From an uncultured Actinomycetota bacterium (GTDB lineage: Bacteria; Actinomycetota; Actinomycetes; Propionibacteriales; Nocardioidaceae): 64,000 bases of DNA. Of this stretch, positions 46,475-55,394 are shown piece by piece. The notes beneath the pieces were generated by a model. The model had not been told where the DNA came from. It did not search any database and saw only the letters and a list, made by a program, of their open reading frames with translations. Every line of letters begins with the position of its first letter. Position 1 is the stretch's first letter. The position numbers and the translations under genes were made by a program. Where the stretch lies: NCBI GenBank assembly GCA_963778095.1, contig CAVZTB010000009.1, positions 56,327 to 120,326 of the forward strand. Direction: 5' to 3'.

Positions 46475-47489
46475 CGCACGTCGCTCTTCACGACCCGGTC
46501 GTAGGCGCCGTTGACGTCGTCGACGCCGATGGTCTCGATCTCGGCACCCAGCCCGTGCTCGGCGCAGAAGTCGAGCATCTCCTGGGTCTCGCGGATGCCG
46601 CCGATCTTGGAGCCGGCCATCCGGCGGCGCACCGCTGGCCAGCGAGAACGCGTGGAAGCGTGTCGGGGCTCTCGGGGATGCCGACGTTGACCATGGTGCC
46701 GTCGAGCCGCAGCAGCGACAGGTAGTCGTCGACCGGCAGGTTCGCCGCGACCGTGTTCACGATCAGGTCGAAGCTGTTCGCCAGCGTCTCGAAGGTCTTC
46801 TCGTCGCTGGTGGCGTAGTAGTGGTCGGCACCGAACCGCTTGCCGTCCTCCTCCTTCGACAGCGTCTGGCTGAGCACGGTCACCTCGGCGCCGAGGGCGT
46901 GGGCGATCTTGACGCCCATGTGGCCGAGGCCGCCCATGCCGACGATGGCGACCTTGCTGGCCCGGGCCGGCGCCCCAGTGCTTGAGCGGGGAGTAGAGCG
47001 TGATGCCGGCGCACAGCAGCGGCGCGGCCTCGTCGAGGCCGATGCCCTCGGGGATGCCGAGCACGTAGTTCTCGTCCACCACGACGGACCTGCTGTAGCC
47101 GCCGAAGGTGGGCTCGCCGTCGTACTGCGTGCCGTTGTACGTCGCGCACCTCACCCCGCAGGCAGTACTGCTCCTCGCCGGCCTTGCAGTTCTCGCACTC
47201 GCGGCAGGAGTCCACGAAGCAGCCGACGCCGACCCGGTCGCCGACGGCGTACTTCGTGACCTCGGGGCCGACCTCGCGGACCACGCCGGCGATCTCGTGG
47301 CCCGGCACCATCGGGAACAGGGCCTGGCCCCACTCCTCGCGCGCCTGGTGGATGTCGGAGTGGCAGATGCCGGCGTAGGCGATGTCGATCACCACGTCGT
47401 GCGGGCGCGGGTCGCGGCGCTCGATGGTGCTCCGCTCGAAGGCTTGCGCTCGGGCCGGTGGTCACCAGGGCGTCAACGGTCTGCGTCAT
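46432..47489 (-). CDS. Zn-dependent NAD(P) alcohol dehydrogenase (cinnamyl-ADH/AdhC type), frameshifted
   Basis: [46 protein letters not shown]. Confidence 0.93.
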
Positions 47490-47581
47490 ACGGGAGGTTC
47501 TCCTCGGGGGTGTGGGGGGTCGAACCAGGCACAACGTCGCACCGGGCTGTGCATTCCTAGGACTGGCCGACGAGCTCCGGC

Positions 47582-48822
47582 TCACGGGCACGACGTCGCT
47601 CTGCCGGGCGGTCGCTCGGCACCAGGCGCCGGAACCGCCAGGCGACGAGCACGGCGAGCGCGTAGAAGAACGACGGTGCCCGACGCCATCGTCAGCACGG
47701 TCTGGCTGCCGAGCAGGCCGGTCAGCGGCGTGGTGAGCGCGCCGACGAAGAACGGCACGCCACCGCCGAGCGCGGCGGCCGTGCCGGCGAGCCGACGGCC
47801 CGCGCGCCTGGACGATCACGGTGCTCGCGGGCAGGAACATCCCGAGCCCGGCGAGCATCACCGCGAGCGGCGCCCACACCAGGGGCAGCGGCGGGGGGTG
47901 GTCCGGGGCGAGCAGGCAGAACGCGAACAGCACGAAGCCGGCGCAGGTCGCGACCGTGAGGGCGATCGTGCGCAGCACGACCGCGCCGGTGCGGACGACG
48001 AGGAGCCGGAAGGCCACGCTGGCCAGCACCATGCCGAGCGGCGTTGGTCGCGAACAGCAGGGTGTACTGCGCGGGGCTGAGCCCGAGCTGGCGTCTGCAG
48101 CACGATCGACGAGCCGCCGATGTAGACGAAGAACCCGGCCATGATCAGGCACTGGACGAGCCACCGGCGCCACGAACACCCGGTCCGTCAGCAGGTCGCG
48201 CATCCGCCGGCGACGTCGCGGAGCCCGGTGGCCTGGCGCTCGTCGACGCGGCAGCGTCTCCGGGATGCCGACGGCCGCGAACGTGGTCATCAGGACGCCG
48301 AGCGCGGTCGAGGAACAGGAAGATCGTCCGCCAGTCGCCGACGGTCAGCAGCGCCGCTGCCGATGGCGGGTGCGACGACCGGCCCGATGAGCGAGAACGA
48401 CGCGAGGGTGCCGTACATCGCCGCGGCCCGCGGTCCGTCGTACCGGTCGCTGACGACGGCCCGTCCCACCGCGACGCCGACGCCCGCGACCAGTCCCTGC
48501 ACGGCCCGCTCGGCCACCAGAGTCCAGCCCGTCGGGGCGACACGGCGCAGACCAGCGAGATGAGCGTGAAGGTGGCGGCGCCGAGCAGGATCATGCCGCG
48601 CCGTCCGACGCTGTCGCTGACCGACCCGGACAGCAGCTGGCCGAGCGCCATGCCGACGATGAACGAGGTCATCGTCAGCTGCACGACCGTCGACGACGTG
48701 CCCAGCGACCGCTGCACCTGGGGCAGCGAGGCGAGGTAGGTGTCGGTGGCCAGCGGGCCGACGCCGGTCACCAGGACGAGCGCGAGCAGCCACGGGCGGC
48801 CGGAGCGGAGGGGGAGGGGCAT
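47582..48822 (-). CDS. Bcr/CflA family MFS transporter, frameshifted (3' end approximate)
   Basis: GPLATDTYLASLP, GQLLSGSVSDSVGRR, GPVVAPAIG, WRTIF, IPETLP. Confidence 0.85.
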
Positions 48823-48896
48823 CGGATCTACTGTACCGGTAGAGAAGGCCGGGCCCGAAATCGGTCGGACGACGTCGCCCTGGATAGCGTGCCGCC

Positions 48897-49877
48897 ATGA
48901 CGACACTCGTGATCGGCGGAGCCGGCTACATCGGCGCCCACATCGTCCGGCTGCTGGAGACCACGGGCGACGTCGTCGTGGTCGACGACCTGAGCACCGG
49001 GAGCGCGTCCCGGGTCGGCGGGCGCGACGCTGGTCGACCTCGACATCGCCTCCCCGGGCGCCGACGAGGCGCTCACCGCCGTGCTCAAGGAGCACGCGGT
49101 GGACAGCGTCATCCACCTCGCCGCCAAGAAGCAGGTCGGCGAGTCGGTCGAGCGGCCGACGTACTACTACGCGCAGAACGTCGGGGGCCTGGCCAACGTC
49201 CTGACGGCCATGGAGGCCGCGACGTCCGCCGGCTGATCTTCTCCTCCTCGGCGGCGACGTACGGCGCGCCGACGGACGCGCCCGAGTCCGGCTACCTGAC
49301 CGAGGACGTGCGCGGCGTCCCGCTCAGCCCCTACGGCGAGACCAAGCTGATCGGCGAGTGGATGTGCCGCAACGCCGAACGCGCCTGGGGACTGTCCTGG
49401 TCGGCGCTGCGCTACTTCAACGTCGCCGGTGCCGGCTGGCCCGACCTCGGGGACCCGGCGGCCCTCAACCTCATCCCGATCGTGTTCTCCCGGCTGACCT
49501 CCGGCCAGCGGCCGGTGCTCTTCGGCGACGACTACGAGACGCCCGACGGCACCTGCATCCGCGACTACATCCACGTCCTGGACCTCGCCGATGCGCACGT
49601 CCGCTGCCTCGACCACGTCCGCCGGATCGAGGGCACCGACGGTGCGCGGGTCTTCAACGTCGGCCGTGGTGAGGGGTCGTCGGTGCGGGAGGTGCTCGCC
49701 GCCATCGCCGAGGCCACCGGGCGCGACACCACGCCCGACGTGGCCCCGCGTCGCGCGGGTGACCCCGCGGTCCTGGCGGCCGACGTGTCGCTGATCGCCT
49801 CCGAGCTCGACTGGCACTCGCAGCGCGACCTCGCCGACATGGTCACGACCGCGTGGGAGGCCTGGCAGGCCGGGTGA
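48897..49877 (+). CDS. galE: UDP-glucose 4-epimerase (short frameshifted internal stretch)
   Basis: GGAGYIG, HLAAKKQVGES, FSSSAATYG, PYGETK, LRYFNVAG, DGTCIRDYIHV. Confidence 0.93.
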   Translation: MTTLVIGGAGYIGAHIVRLLETTGDVVVVDDLSTGSASRVGGRDAGRPRHRLPGRRRGAHRRAQGARGGQRHPPRRQEAGRRVGRAADVLLRAERRGPGQRPDGHGGRDVRRLIFSSSAATYGAPTDAPESGYLTEDVRGVPLSPYGETKLIGEWMCRNAERAWGLSWSALRYFNVAGAGWPDLGDPAALNLIPIVFSRLTSGQRPVLFGDDYETPDGTCIRDYIHVLDLADAHVRCLDHVRRIEGTDGARVFNVGRGEGSSVREVLAAIAEATGRDTTPDVAPRRAGDPAVLAADVSLIASELDWHSQRDLADMVTTAWEAWQAG

Positions 49878-50416
49878 GCACCCTCGTCCACCTGAACGGT
49901 CCGCCGGGGATCGGGAAGTCCACGCTCTCGGCGCTCTACGCGGACCGGCACCCCGGCACCCTCAACCTGGACATCGACCGTCTGCACCGGCTGGTCGGCG
50001 GGTGGGAGGACCCCGACCACCGCACGCACGACGTGCTGCGGCCGGTCGCGCTGGCGATGGCGTCGACCCATCTGGCGGGCGGCCGCGACGTCGTCCTCCC
50101 GCAGTACCTCGCCCGCCCCGTCGAGGTCGACGCGTTCGAGCAGGTCGCCCGCGACCAGGGCGCGGAGTTCCGCGAGGTGGTCCTGCTGCACGACCGGGCC
50201 GAGTCGGTCGCCCGGTTCGACCGCCGTCGCGACGACGGCGCCTGGGACGAGCACAACCGCCGGCTGGTCGCGTCCCTGGGCGGGCCGGTGCTGCTCGAGC
50301 AGATGTACGACGCGCTGGTCGACCTCGTGCGGCAGCGGCCCTCGGCCGTCGTCGTGCGCAGCGAGCCCGACGCCGTCGAGGAGACCTACGCGGCGCTGGT
50401 GCGCTCGCTCGCCTGA
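49874..50416 (+). CDS. P-loop kinase-like / AAA family protein
   Basis: Walker A NGPPGIGKST. The GTG start overlaps the galE stop. Confidence 0.8.
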   Translation: MSTLVHLNGPPGIGKSTLSALYADRHPGTLNLDIDRLHRLVGGWEDPDHRTHDVLRPVALAMASTHLAGGRDVVLPQYLARPVEVDAFEQVARDQGAEFREVVLLHDRAESVARFDRRRDDGAWDEHNRRLVASLGGPVLLEQMYDALVDLVRQRPSAVVVRSEPDAVEETYAALVRSLA

Positions 50417-51850
50417 CGTCCCGAGGTCGTGCGGAAGTCCGCGGGCCGGAACTTCCCGTCCTGCAGGTGCTTCTCGACGTCCTCCAGGCTGTGGCCGGTC
50501 AGCTCGGGCATCCGCCGCCACACGAACAGGAACGCGGCCACGTTGAACAGCCCGTAGATCCAGAACACCTGGCCCACGCCGAACAGGTCGATCATCGTGA
50601 GCAGGGTCAGCGTGATGAGCAGGTTGGTGCCCCACAGGCTGGCCGACTGCGCCGCGGTGCCGGCGCCGCGGACGGCGAGCGGGTAGATCTCCGACCCGGT
50701 CAGCCAGCCCATCAGCTGCAGGCCGCCGGCGTTGAAGAACATGAACACCAGCAGGGTGGCGACGATGTACGGCGTCTGCGCCCGCCCGTCGTTGCCGGTG
50801 ACGAAGAACGTGCCGAGGACGAACAGGCTCAGCGCCGCGCCCGGGCACCATGACCATGGTGAGCCGGCGGCGGCCGACCTTGTCGACGATCGTGAGCCCG
50901 ACGATCATCATCACCAGGTAGGTCAGCCCGAGCCCGACGCTCACCCGGAGGGCGGCCGTCGTGGAGAACCCGTTGTCGGTCAGGATCGTCGGCGAGTAGT
51001 AGATGATCATCTCGATGCCGGACAGCTGGGTGAAGATGGCGATCCCGCAGCCGACCACGAGCGCCGGCCGCACCCAGGGCTGGCGCAGCCCGCTCCAGCC
51101 CCGGTTGCTGCGCTTCGTCTCCTGCTTGCGCTCCTCCAGCTCCACGATGCTCCGCAGCTCCGGGTCGACGTCGTAGTCGTCGGGCCGCACCGACTCGAGC
51201 ACGCTGCGCGCGGCGTCGGTCTCGTCGTGCTTGACCAGCCAGCGCGGGCTCTCCGGGAGCCGGAGCATGACCAGCAGCATCAGCAGGGCAGGCACGGCGG
51301 CCGACCCGATCGAGATCCGCCAGGACACCGACTCGCTCGCGCCGACGAGCGTCGAGATCACGATGCCGACGCCGATCGCGAGCTGGAAGCAGAGCACGAG
51401 CCGTCCCCGCAGGTTGGCGGGGGCGAGCTCCGCGACGTACATCGGGACGGTCTGGGTCGCGCCGCCGACCGCGAACCCGAGCACCACCCGGCCCAGGGCC
51501 AGCATCAGCGGGGCGGGCGCGGCGGCGCTGGCCAGGGTGCCGACGACGAAGACGGCGCAGACGATGAGGATGGTGCGCTTGCGGCCGAGGCGCTCGCTCA
51601 GGAAGCTGCACGAGAGGGCGCCGATGACCGCGCCGAGCAGGATGCTCGCGGCGATGACCTGCTCCATGCCGTTGCCGGTGTCGAACTCCTTGCTGATCTG
51701 CAGGAGGGCTCCGGAGATGATGCCGGTGTCGTAGCCGTAGAGGAGGCCCGACACCGCCGAGACGACGGCCGCCGCGAGCATCAGCCCGGTCAGGCCCGCC
51801 GGTGGCACGTCCTCGGTCGCCGCTCGTGGCTGCTTCGTGGCCTCGGACAT
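50386..51850 (-). CDS. Sugar porter family MFS transporter (one frameshift near 50840)
   Basis: LYGYDTGIISGA, ERLGRK, PMYVAELAP, PESPRWL, QLSG, DKVGRR, SEIYP, MPELTG.SLE. Confidence 0.93.
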
Positions 51851-51885
51851 GGCTGCCTCCCCGTGGGTACGTCGTCGGGGCCGTC

Positions 51886-51910
51886 GTACCCGACCGACGG
51901 GATCCGACAC
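51886..51910 (-). promoter_or_regulatory. Putative sigmaB/SigF-type promoter of the sugar porter
   Basis: The minus strand reads GTGT-N15-GGGTAC, ending about 35 nt before the ATG. Confidence 0.45.
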
Positions 51911-52091
51911 CCGCGGGTGTCGTAGGAACCAAGAAGCCGCAGGCCAGATCGCCCTCGTCTCCGATCGCGGCGAGGTGAGGATCCGACAGGCACTTGCCGC
52001 CGCAAAGGGGATCGTCGAACGAGCAGTCGACAAGGCCGCCGCCGACGACATCAAGGCTGCCGCCATGCAAGCCGACGAGAATGAGACAGAC

Positions 52092-52129
52092 GAGACGCCT
52101 GACCTGCGGCACTGCTGGTGGGCGTGGGG
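52092..52129 (-). repeat. Degenerate copy of the tRNA-Phe 3' end and downstream flank (att-like scar)
   Basis: GAGACGCCTGACCTGCGGCACTGCTGGTGGGC here versus GAGACTCTGACCTGCGGCTGGTGCTTGTGGGC at 55170-55201, with an identical 12-mer CTGACCTGCGGC. Confidence 0.6.
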
Positions 52130-52147
52130 AGAACCGGCTTCGAGCCG

Positions 52148-53065
52148 TCAGTGCCTGACGCGAAGCCGGATCGCCCACGATGCTGCTGCCGGGTCGTCGA
52201 CGTCGGCGACCGCGAGCAGCAGCGTCTGGCGCTCGGCGGCCTCGATCACCATCAGCCCTTCCACCTTGATGACGCTGCCCTCGAACGAGGGCAGGGGCAC
52301 GACCTCTTCGACGACGTCACCCCCGAGCCGTGCGAGGGCCGACGCGACAACCGGCCCGTCGTCGCGTGGGTTGGGGCTGTCCTCGGCCGCCGCACTGGCC
52401 AGGAGGGTTCCACCGGGCAAGGCGACGACGTCGGTGACAGCCAGCGCCACGCCGTCCACGGCGCCCAGGTCGTAGTGCCGAGGTTTGGTCACCGTCACGG
52501 CGCCCGGGTCGGCCAGACCGAGGGTGGCGGCCAGCGCGGTGGTGAGGTCGATGTCGACGCTTCCGGAGAGCAGGCCGGCTGAGGGAAGCCCGCGGTGATA
52601 CCACCGCAGCGCACCCCCGACGATGCAGGCACCCTCCAGGTTGAGGACCTCGGCGTCGAGGGACATGGCGGCGGCGACGGCGGCGTACACCGGCGTCATG
52701 TCCGCCGCCACGGCCCGGGGTTCGCCGTGGACGAGGCGGACGAGCGACCACCGCATCCGGGCCGGGGACGATCCCGACCCCAGCACCAACGCCGCCGGCG
52801 CACCATCGACCGTGACCTGGCAAGCCGCCTCGAGGTCGGGCTTCAGGTGCTTGGTCCCCGACGCCTCGTCGAACAGCTCGAGGCCGGCGACCGGTGGGAG
52901 AAGGCGTACGACGGTCACGGTGTCTTCGCGGAACCAGGCAGCGTGGGTGGCGTCGTCCGGCACGACGAGGAAGCCGCCGCCGAACGGGACCACCGCGGAC
53001 GCCGAGCGAACGGGCGCGCCGTTGCTGAAACGGAGCCGGTCGACACTCAGAACGTCGATGTCCAC
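52148..53065 (-). CDS. Uncharacterised beta-rich protein (possibly DUF6910-like)
   Basis: Intact ORF from GTG 53065 with SASAV, DD, KHLKPDLEA, LGSGS, NLEGA, AEDS..DG, KVEG and DVDD motifs. The family name is from memory. Confidence 0.6.
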   Translation of the reverse strand: MDIDVLSVDRLRFSNGAPVRSASAVVPFGGGFLVVPDDATHAAWFREDTVTVVRLLPPVAGLELFDEASGTKHLKPDLEAACQVTVDGAPAALVLGSGSSPARMRWSLVRLVHGEPRAVAADMTPVYAAVAAAMSLDAEVLNLEGACIVGGALRWYHRGLPSAGLLSGSVDIDLTTALAATLGLADPGAVTVTKPRHYDLGAVDGVALAVTDVVALPGGTLLASAAAEDSPNPRDDGPVVASALARLGGDVVEEVVPLPSFEGSVIKVEGLMVIEAAERQTLLLAVADVDDPAAASWAIRLRVRH

Positions 53066-53076
53066 TGCACCACGAC

Positions 53077-54783
53077 CTAGCTGGACTTCCGGCGCCGATG
53101 CAGCGGTGGCAGCAGCTGCAGGAGGCTGAGGAAGGCGAAGATCAGGGTGTTGAAGCCGACCCACCAGGCCAACGCTGCGTACCAGTCGCTCTGGAGGATC
53201 GACGCCGGTAGCAGGATTCCCCACGTGGTGACGAGCCCGACGACGAGCGGTGCAGGCAACAGGAGCCCGTGCACCGCGGGTCGGGGCACGTAGTTCCAGC
53301 CCGCCTTGCGCCCGAGCAGGATCTGCACCAGCGAGGTGATGAAGCAGGCCTGCAGGAAGACGGCGTACCCGAGCTCGGGGATGATCGGCGCGGCGAGCAA
53401 CCGGCCCTTCCACCCGGCGCGCCAGACCGTGACGATCCGCTCCGCCAGGAAGATCAGCCCGATCGTCACCCAGAACGGCGACCATCGGATGCTGTCCGCT
53501 GCAAGGAGGCTCACCGTCATCAGCAGTAGGTACGACTGCAGCGCCACGACGCCGTAGGCCAGGGCGAGCTGCTGGCCCCAGTACAGCGCGGTGGCTCGGG
53601 TCAGGCCGTACGCGGCGATGTTCTCCAGCGCACCGCGGTGCCACCGCAGCCGCTGACGCCACAGGTCCCGCCAGGACGTCATGATCTCGGTCGTCACGCG
53701 ACACTGCGGCGGTGAAACCATCCGTGCGCCCAGCGTCTTCAGCGCCAACGTGAGCTCGTTGTCCTCGGTCAGCGCGAGGGTGTCGTAGACCTTCCCCGCC
53801 GGTCCCGGAAGCAACGGCCCGCGCGCCTCCGCTACGGCCCGTAGGGCGTATGCCCGGATGAGGGAAGCGGTCCCGGTGAGCACGAACACGCGGCCGAGCG
53901 TGCGCGCTACCAGCCGTTGGTAGCGGCTGTACTCGTTGCGCTGGAACTGACCGACGAGTCGGCCGCCGTCCTCGCCGTAGAACAACCCTCCGACGGCTAC
54001 CAGGTCTCGGTCGTTCTCCATCAGCCCCAGCGCCACTTCCAGGAACTCCGAAGCCAGGGCGGAGTCTGCGTCCATCACCATCACCACGTCGCGGTGCTCG
54101 GCCTGGGGCAGCAGCCGGCTCAGCTGCTGGTTCAGCGCACCGGCCTTCTTCTCCGTGTTCCCCACCGTCTCGACGACCTGGACCTGATGCGCCCGCGCGA
54201 CCTCGACGGTGGCATCAGTGCAGTTGTCGGCGACGACGACCACCCGGTCCGGTCGGCGGGTCTGCCGTGCCAGCGACTCCAGGGTCAGCCCGAGGGTGGC
54301 TTCCTCGTCGTGCGCCGGGATCAGCACCGTGCACCGGAGGACTGTGTCGGCTGGCAGCTCCTCCCGGGTTGGCAGAGCCGTGGGAGGCAGAACGGTTGTC
54401 GATTCGGTGATGCCCAGCTCGATCCCGAGGGGTCCGAGCATCACGCGTCGGGCGCGACGCACCGCGGGAGGTGGTGGCGGCGGAACGTGCCGGTCGCGGG
54501 CCAGGACACGCATGGTCGCCGCCGTCTGAACACCGCCGAGGCCGAGGAACGTCGTCGCCACCATGAGCGCCGCCGCGGCCAGGACCGCGGCGCCGGGGTT
54601 CACCAGGTCGACGTCGAGCGGAAGCACGACCGCGTCGAGACGTGCCTCGGAGCCCTGCGTGACCACGAGCACGCCTGCCACCGCGAGGAGCCCGACGCCG
54701 AGGACCGTGAGACCGGCGGTCAGCCAGCCCAGCTGCGCAGCGCGCCGCCGCAGGCTTGTCTGATCCACGAGCGTCAGACCCAC
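53077..54783 (-). CDS. Processive GT2 glycosyltransferase (PgaC/IcaA/chitin-synthase-like architecture)
   Basis: IPAHDE, ADNCTD, KKAGALN, MDAD, LTED, QRLRW (QxxRW), with TM helices at both ends; intact 568 aa. Confidence 0.9.
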   Translation of the reverse strand: MGLTLVDQTSLRRRAAQLGWLTAGLTVLGVGLLAVAGVLVVTQGSEARLDAVVLPLDVDLVNPGAAVLAAAALMVATTFLGLGGVQTAATMRVLARDRHVPPPPPPAVRRARRVMLGPLGIELGITESTTVLPPTALPTREELPADTVLRCTVLIPAHDEEATLGLTLESLARQTRRPDRVVVVADNCTDATVEVARAHQVQVVETVGNTEKKAGALNQQLSRLLPQAEHRDVVMVMDADSALASEFLEVALGLMENDRDLVAVGGLFYGEDGGRLVGQFQRNEYSRYQRLVARTLGRVFVLTGTASLIRAYALRAVAEARGPLLPGPAGKVYDTLALTEDNELTLALKTLGARMVSPPQCRVTTEIMTSWRDLWRQRLRWHRGALENIAAYGLTRATALYWGQQLALAYGVVALQSYLLLMTVSLLAADSIRWSPFWVTIGLIFLAERIVTVWRAGWKGRLLAAPIIPELGYAVFLQACFITSLVQILLGRKAGWNYVPRPAVHGLLLPAPLVVGLVTTWGILLPASILQSDWYAALAWWVGFNTLIFAFLSLLQLLPPLHRRRKSS

Positions 54784-54947
54784 AGGTAGCTCCTCCTTGC
54801 CGGCTCCACGCCATCAGAGATGCTGGCCTCGCAGGACCGCCGAAGGCTGACCCGAACCGGGTGACTCCGTCCTGAGGACAGCGGGCTGTACGAGTCGCTA
54901 CGCGCTGACAGATGGGCAGCAGCTCCGAGCGGAACGCGCACGAACGG

Positions 54948-55050
54948 TCAGCACCGCGGAAACGGTGAGGACCCGCTCCACGTGATCCCGGAACTCAGTC
55001 ATGTAGTCGCGCAGGAACACGGCGGTCGAGACGGCGTTCACCTCACCGTC
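54948..55050 (-). pseudogene. Remnant resembling the C-terminus of an NADPH-dependent FMN reductase
   Basis: Translates DGEVNAVSTAVFLRDYMTEFRDHVERVLTVPRC*, which resembles recalled actinobacterial FMN-reductase tails. The rest of the gene is absent. Confidence 0.5.
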
Positions 55051-55126
55051 GCGCGTCGCAGACGCTGAGCACCGCCCGCAGGTCAGCTGCCCGCCGCGGT
55101 GCCGATCGCGCGTGTCCGACGAGCAT
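55043..55126 (-). pseudogene. Remnant resembling the N-terminus of a serine resolvase/recombinase
   Basis: MLVGHARSA..ADL resembles the M.vGYARVST..Q.L start and stops after 27 codons. Confidence 0.35.
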
Positions 55127-55155
55127 GCCGACTGACCTGGAGGAGTAGATGAAGG

Positions 55156-55188
55156 AGCCGCAGGCCAGAGAGACTCTGACCTGCGGCT
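55156..55188 (-). terminator. Hairpin downstream of tRNA-Phe
   Basis: AGCCGCAGGCCAGAG-AGA-CTCTGACCTGCGGCT; on the minus strand it is followed by CCTTCAT. Confidence 0.7.
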
Positions 55189-55196
55189 GGTGCTTG

Positions 55197-55270
55197 TGGG
55201 CAGGGGCGGGGTCGAACCGCCGACCTTCCACTTTTCAGGCGGACGCTCGTACCAACTGAGCTACCTGCCC
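55197..55270 (-). tRNA. tRNA-Phe (GAA), CCA not encoded
   Basis: Reverse complement GGGCAGGTAGCTCAGTTGGTACGAGCGTCCGCCTGAAAAGTGGAAGGTCGGCGGTTCGACCCCGCCCCTGCCCA folds as a cloverleaf. Confidence 0.97.
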
Positions 55271-55281
55271 AAGCGCGCAGA

Positions 55282-55315
55282 ACTCTACAACAGGCCCGGC
55301 GTGCTCCCCGAATCG
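55282..55315 (-). promoter_or_regulatory. Putative tRNA-Phe promoter
   Basis: CGATTCGG-N20-TAGAGT; the same CGATTCGG upstream motif precedes tRNA-Asp. Confidence 0.55.
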
Positions 55316-55394
55316 AGTGTCGTCGCCTGCCGAAAGTCGTCGATCATGATGCGGCCAGACCATCCCCGGGCCCGCGACGTGGAAGGCTGGCGGC

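Larger units (their letters stand above)
52125..55196. mobile_element. Decayed genomic islet at the tRNA-Phe 3' end (no intact integrase)
   Basis: Bounded by tRNA-Phe and its degenerate 3' copy. It has visibly more A/T-ending codons than the flanks and gene remnants at 54948-55126. Confidence 0.55.

Noticed and set aside
51930-52110. Possible integrase C-terminal remnant (SDRGEVRIRQALAAAKG...) pointing at the att-like scar
   Set aside because: The position is suggestive, but no catalytic His/Tyr motif is visible, so I did not call it.
52148-54783. Absence of frameshifts as evidence that the islet is multi-copy or of separate origin
   Set aside because: Other long stretches, such as the first 1.7 kb of purL, are also clean, and lower GC alone could reduce errors.
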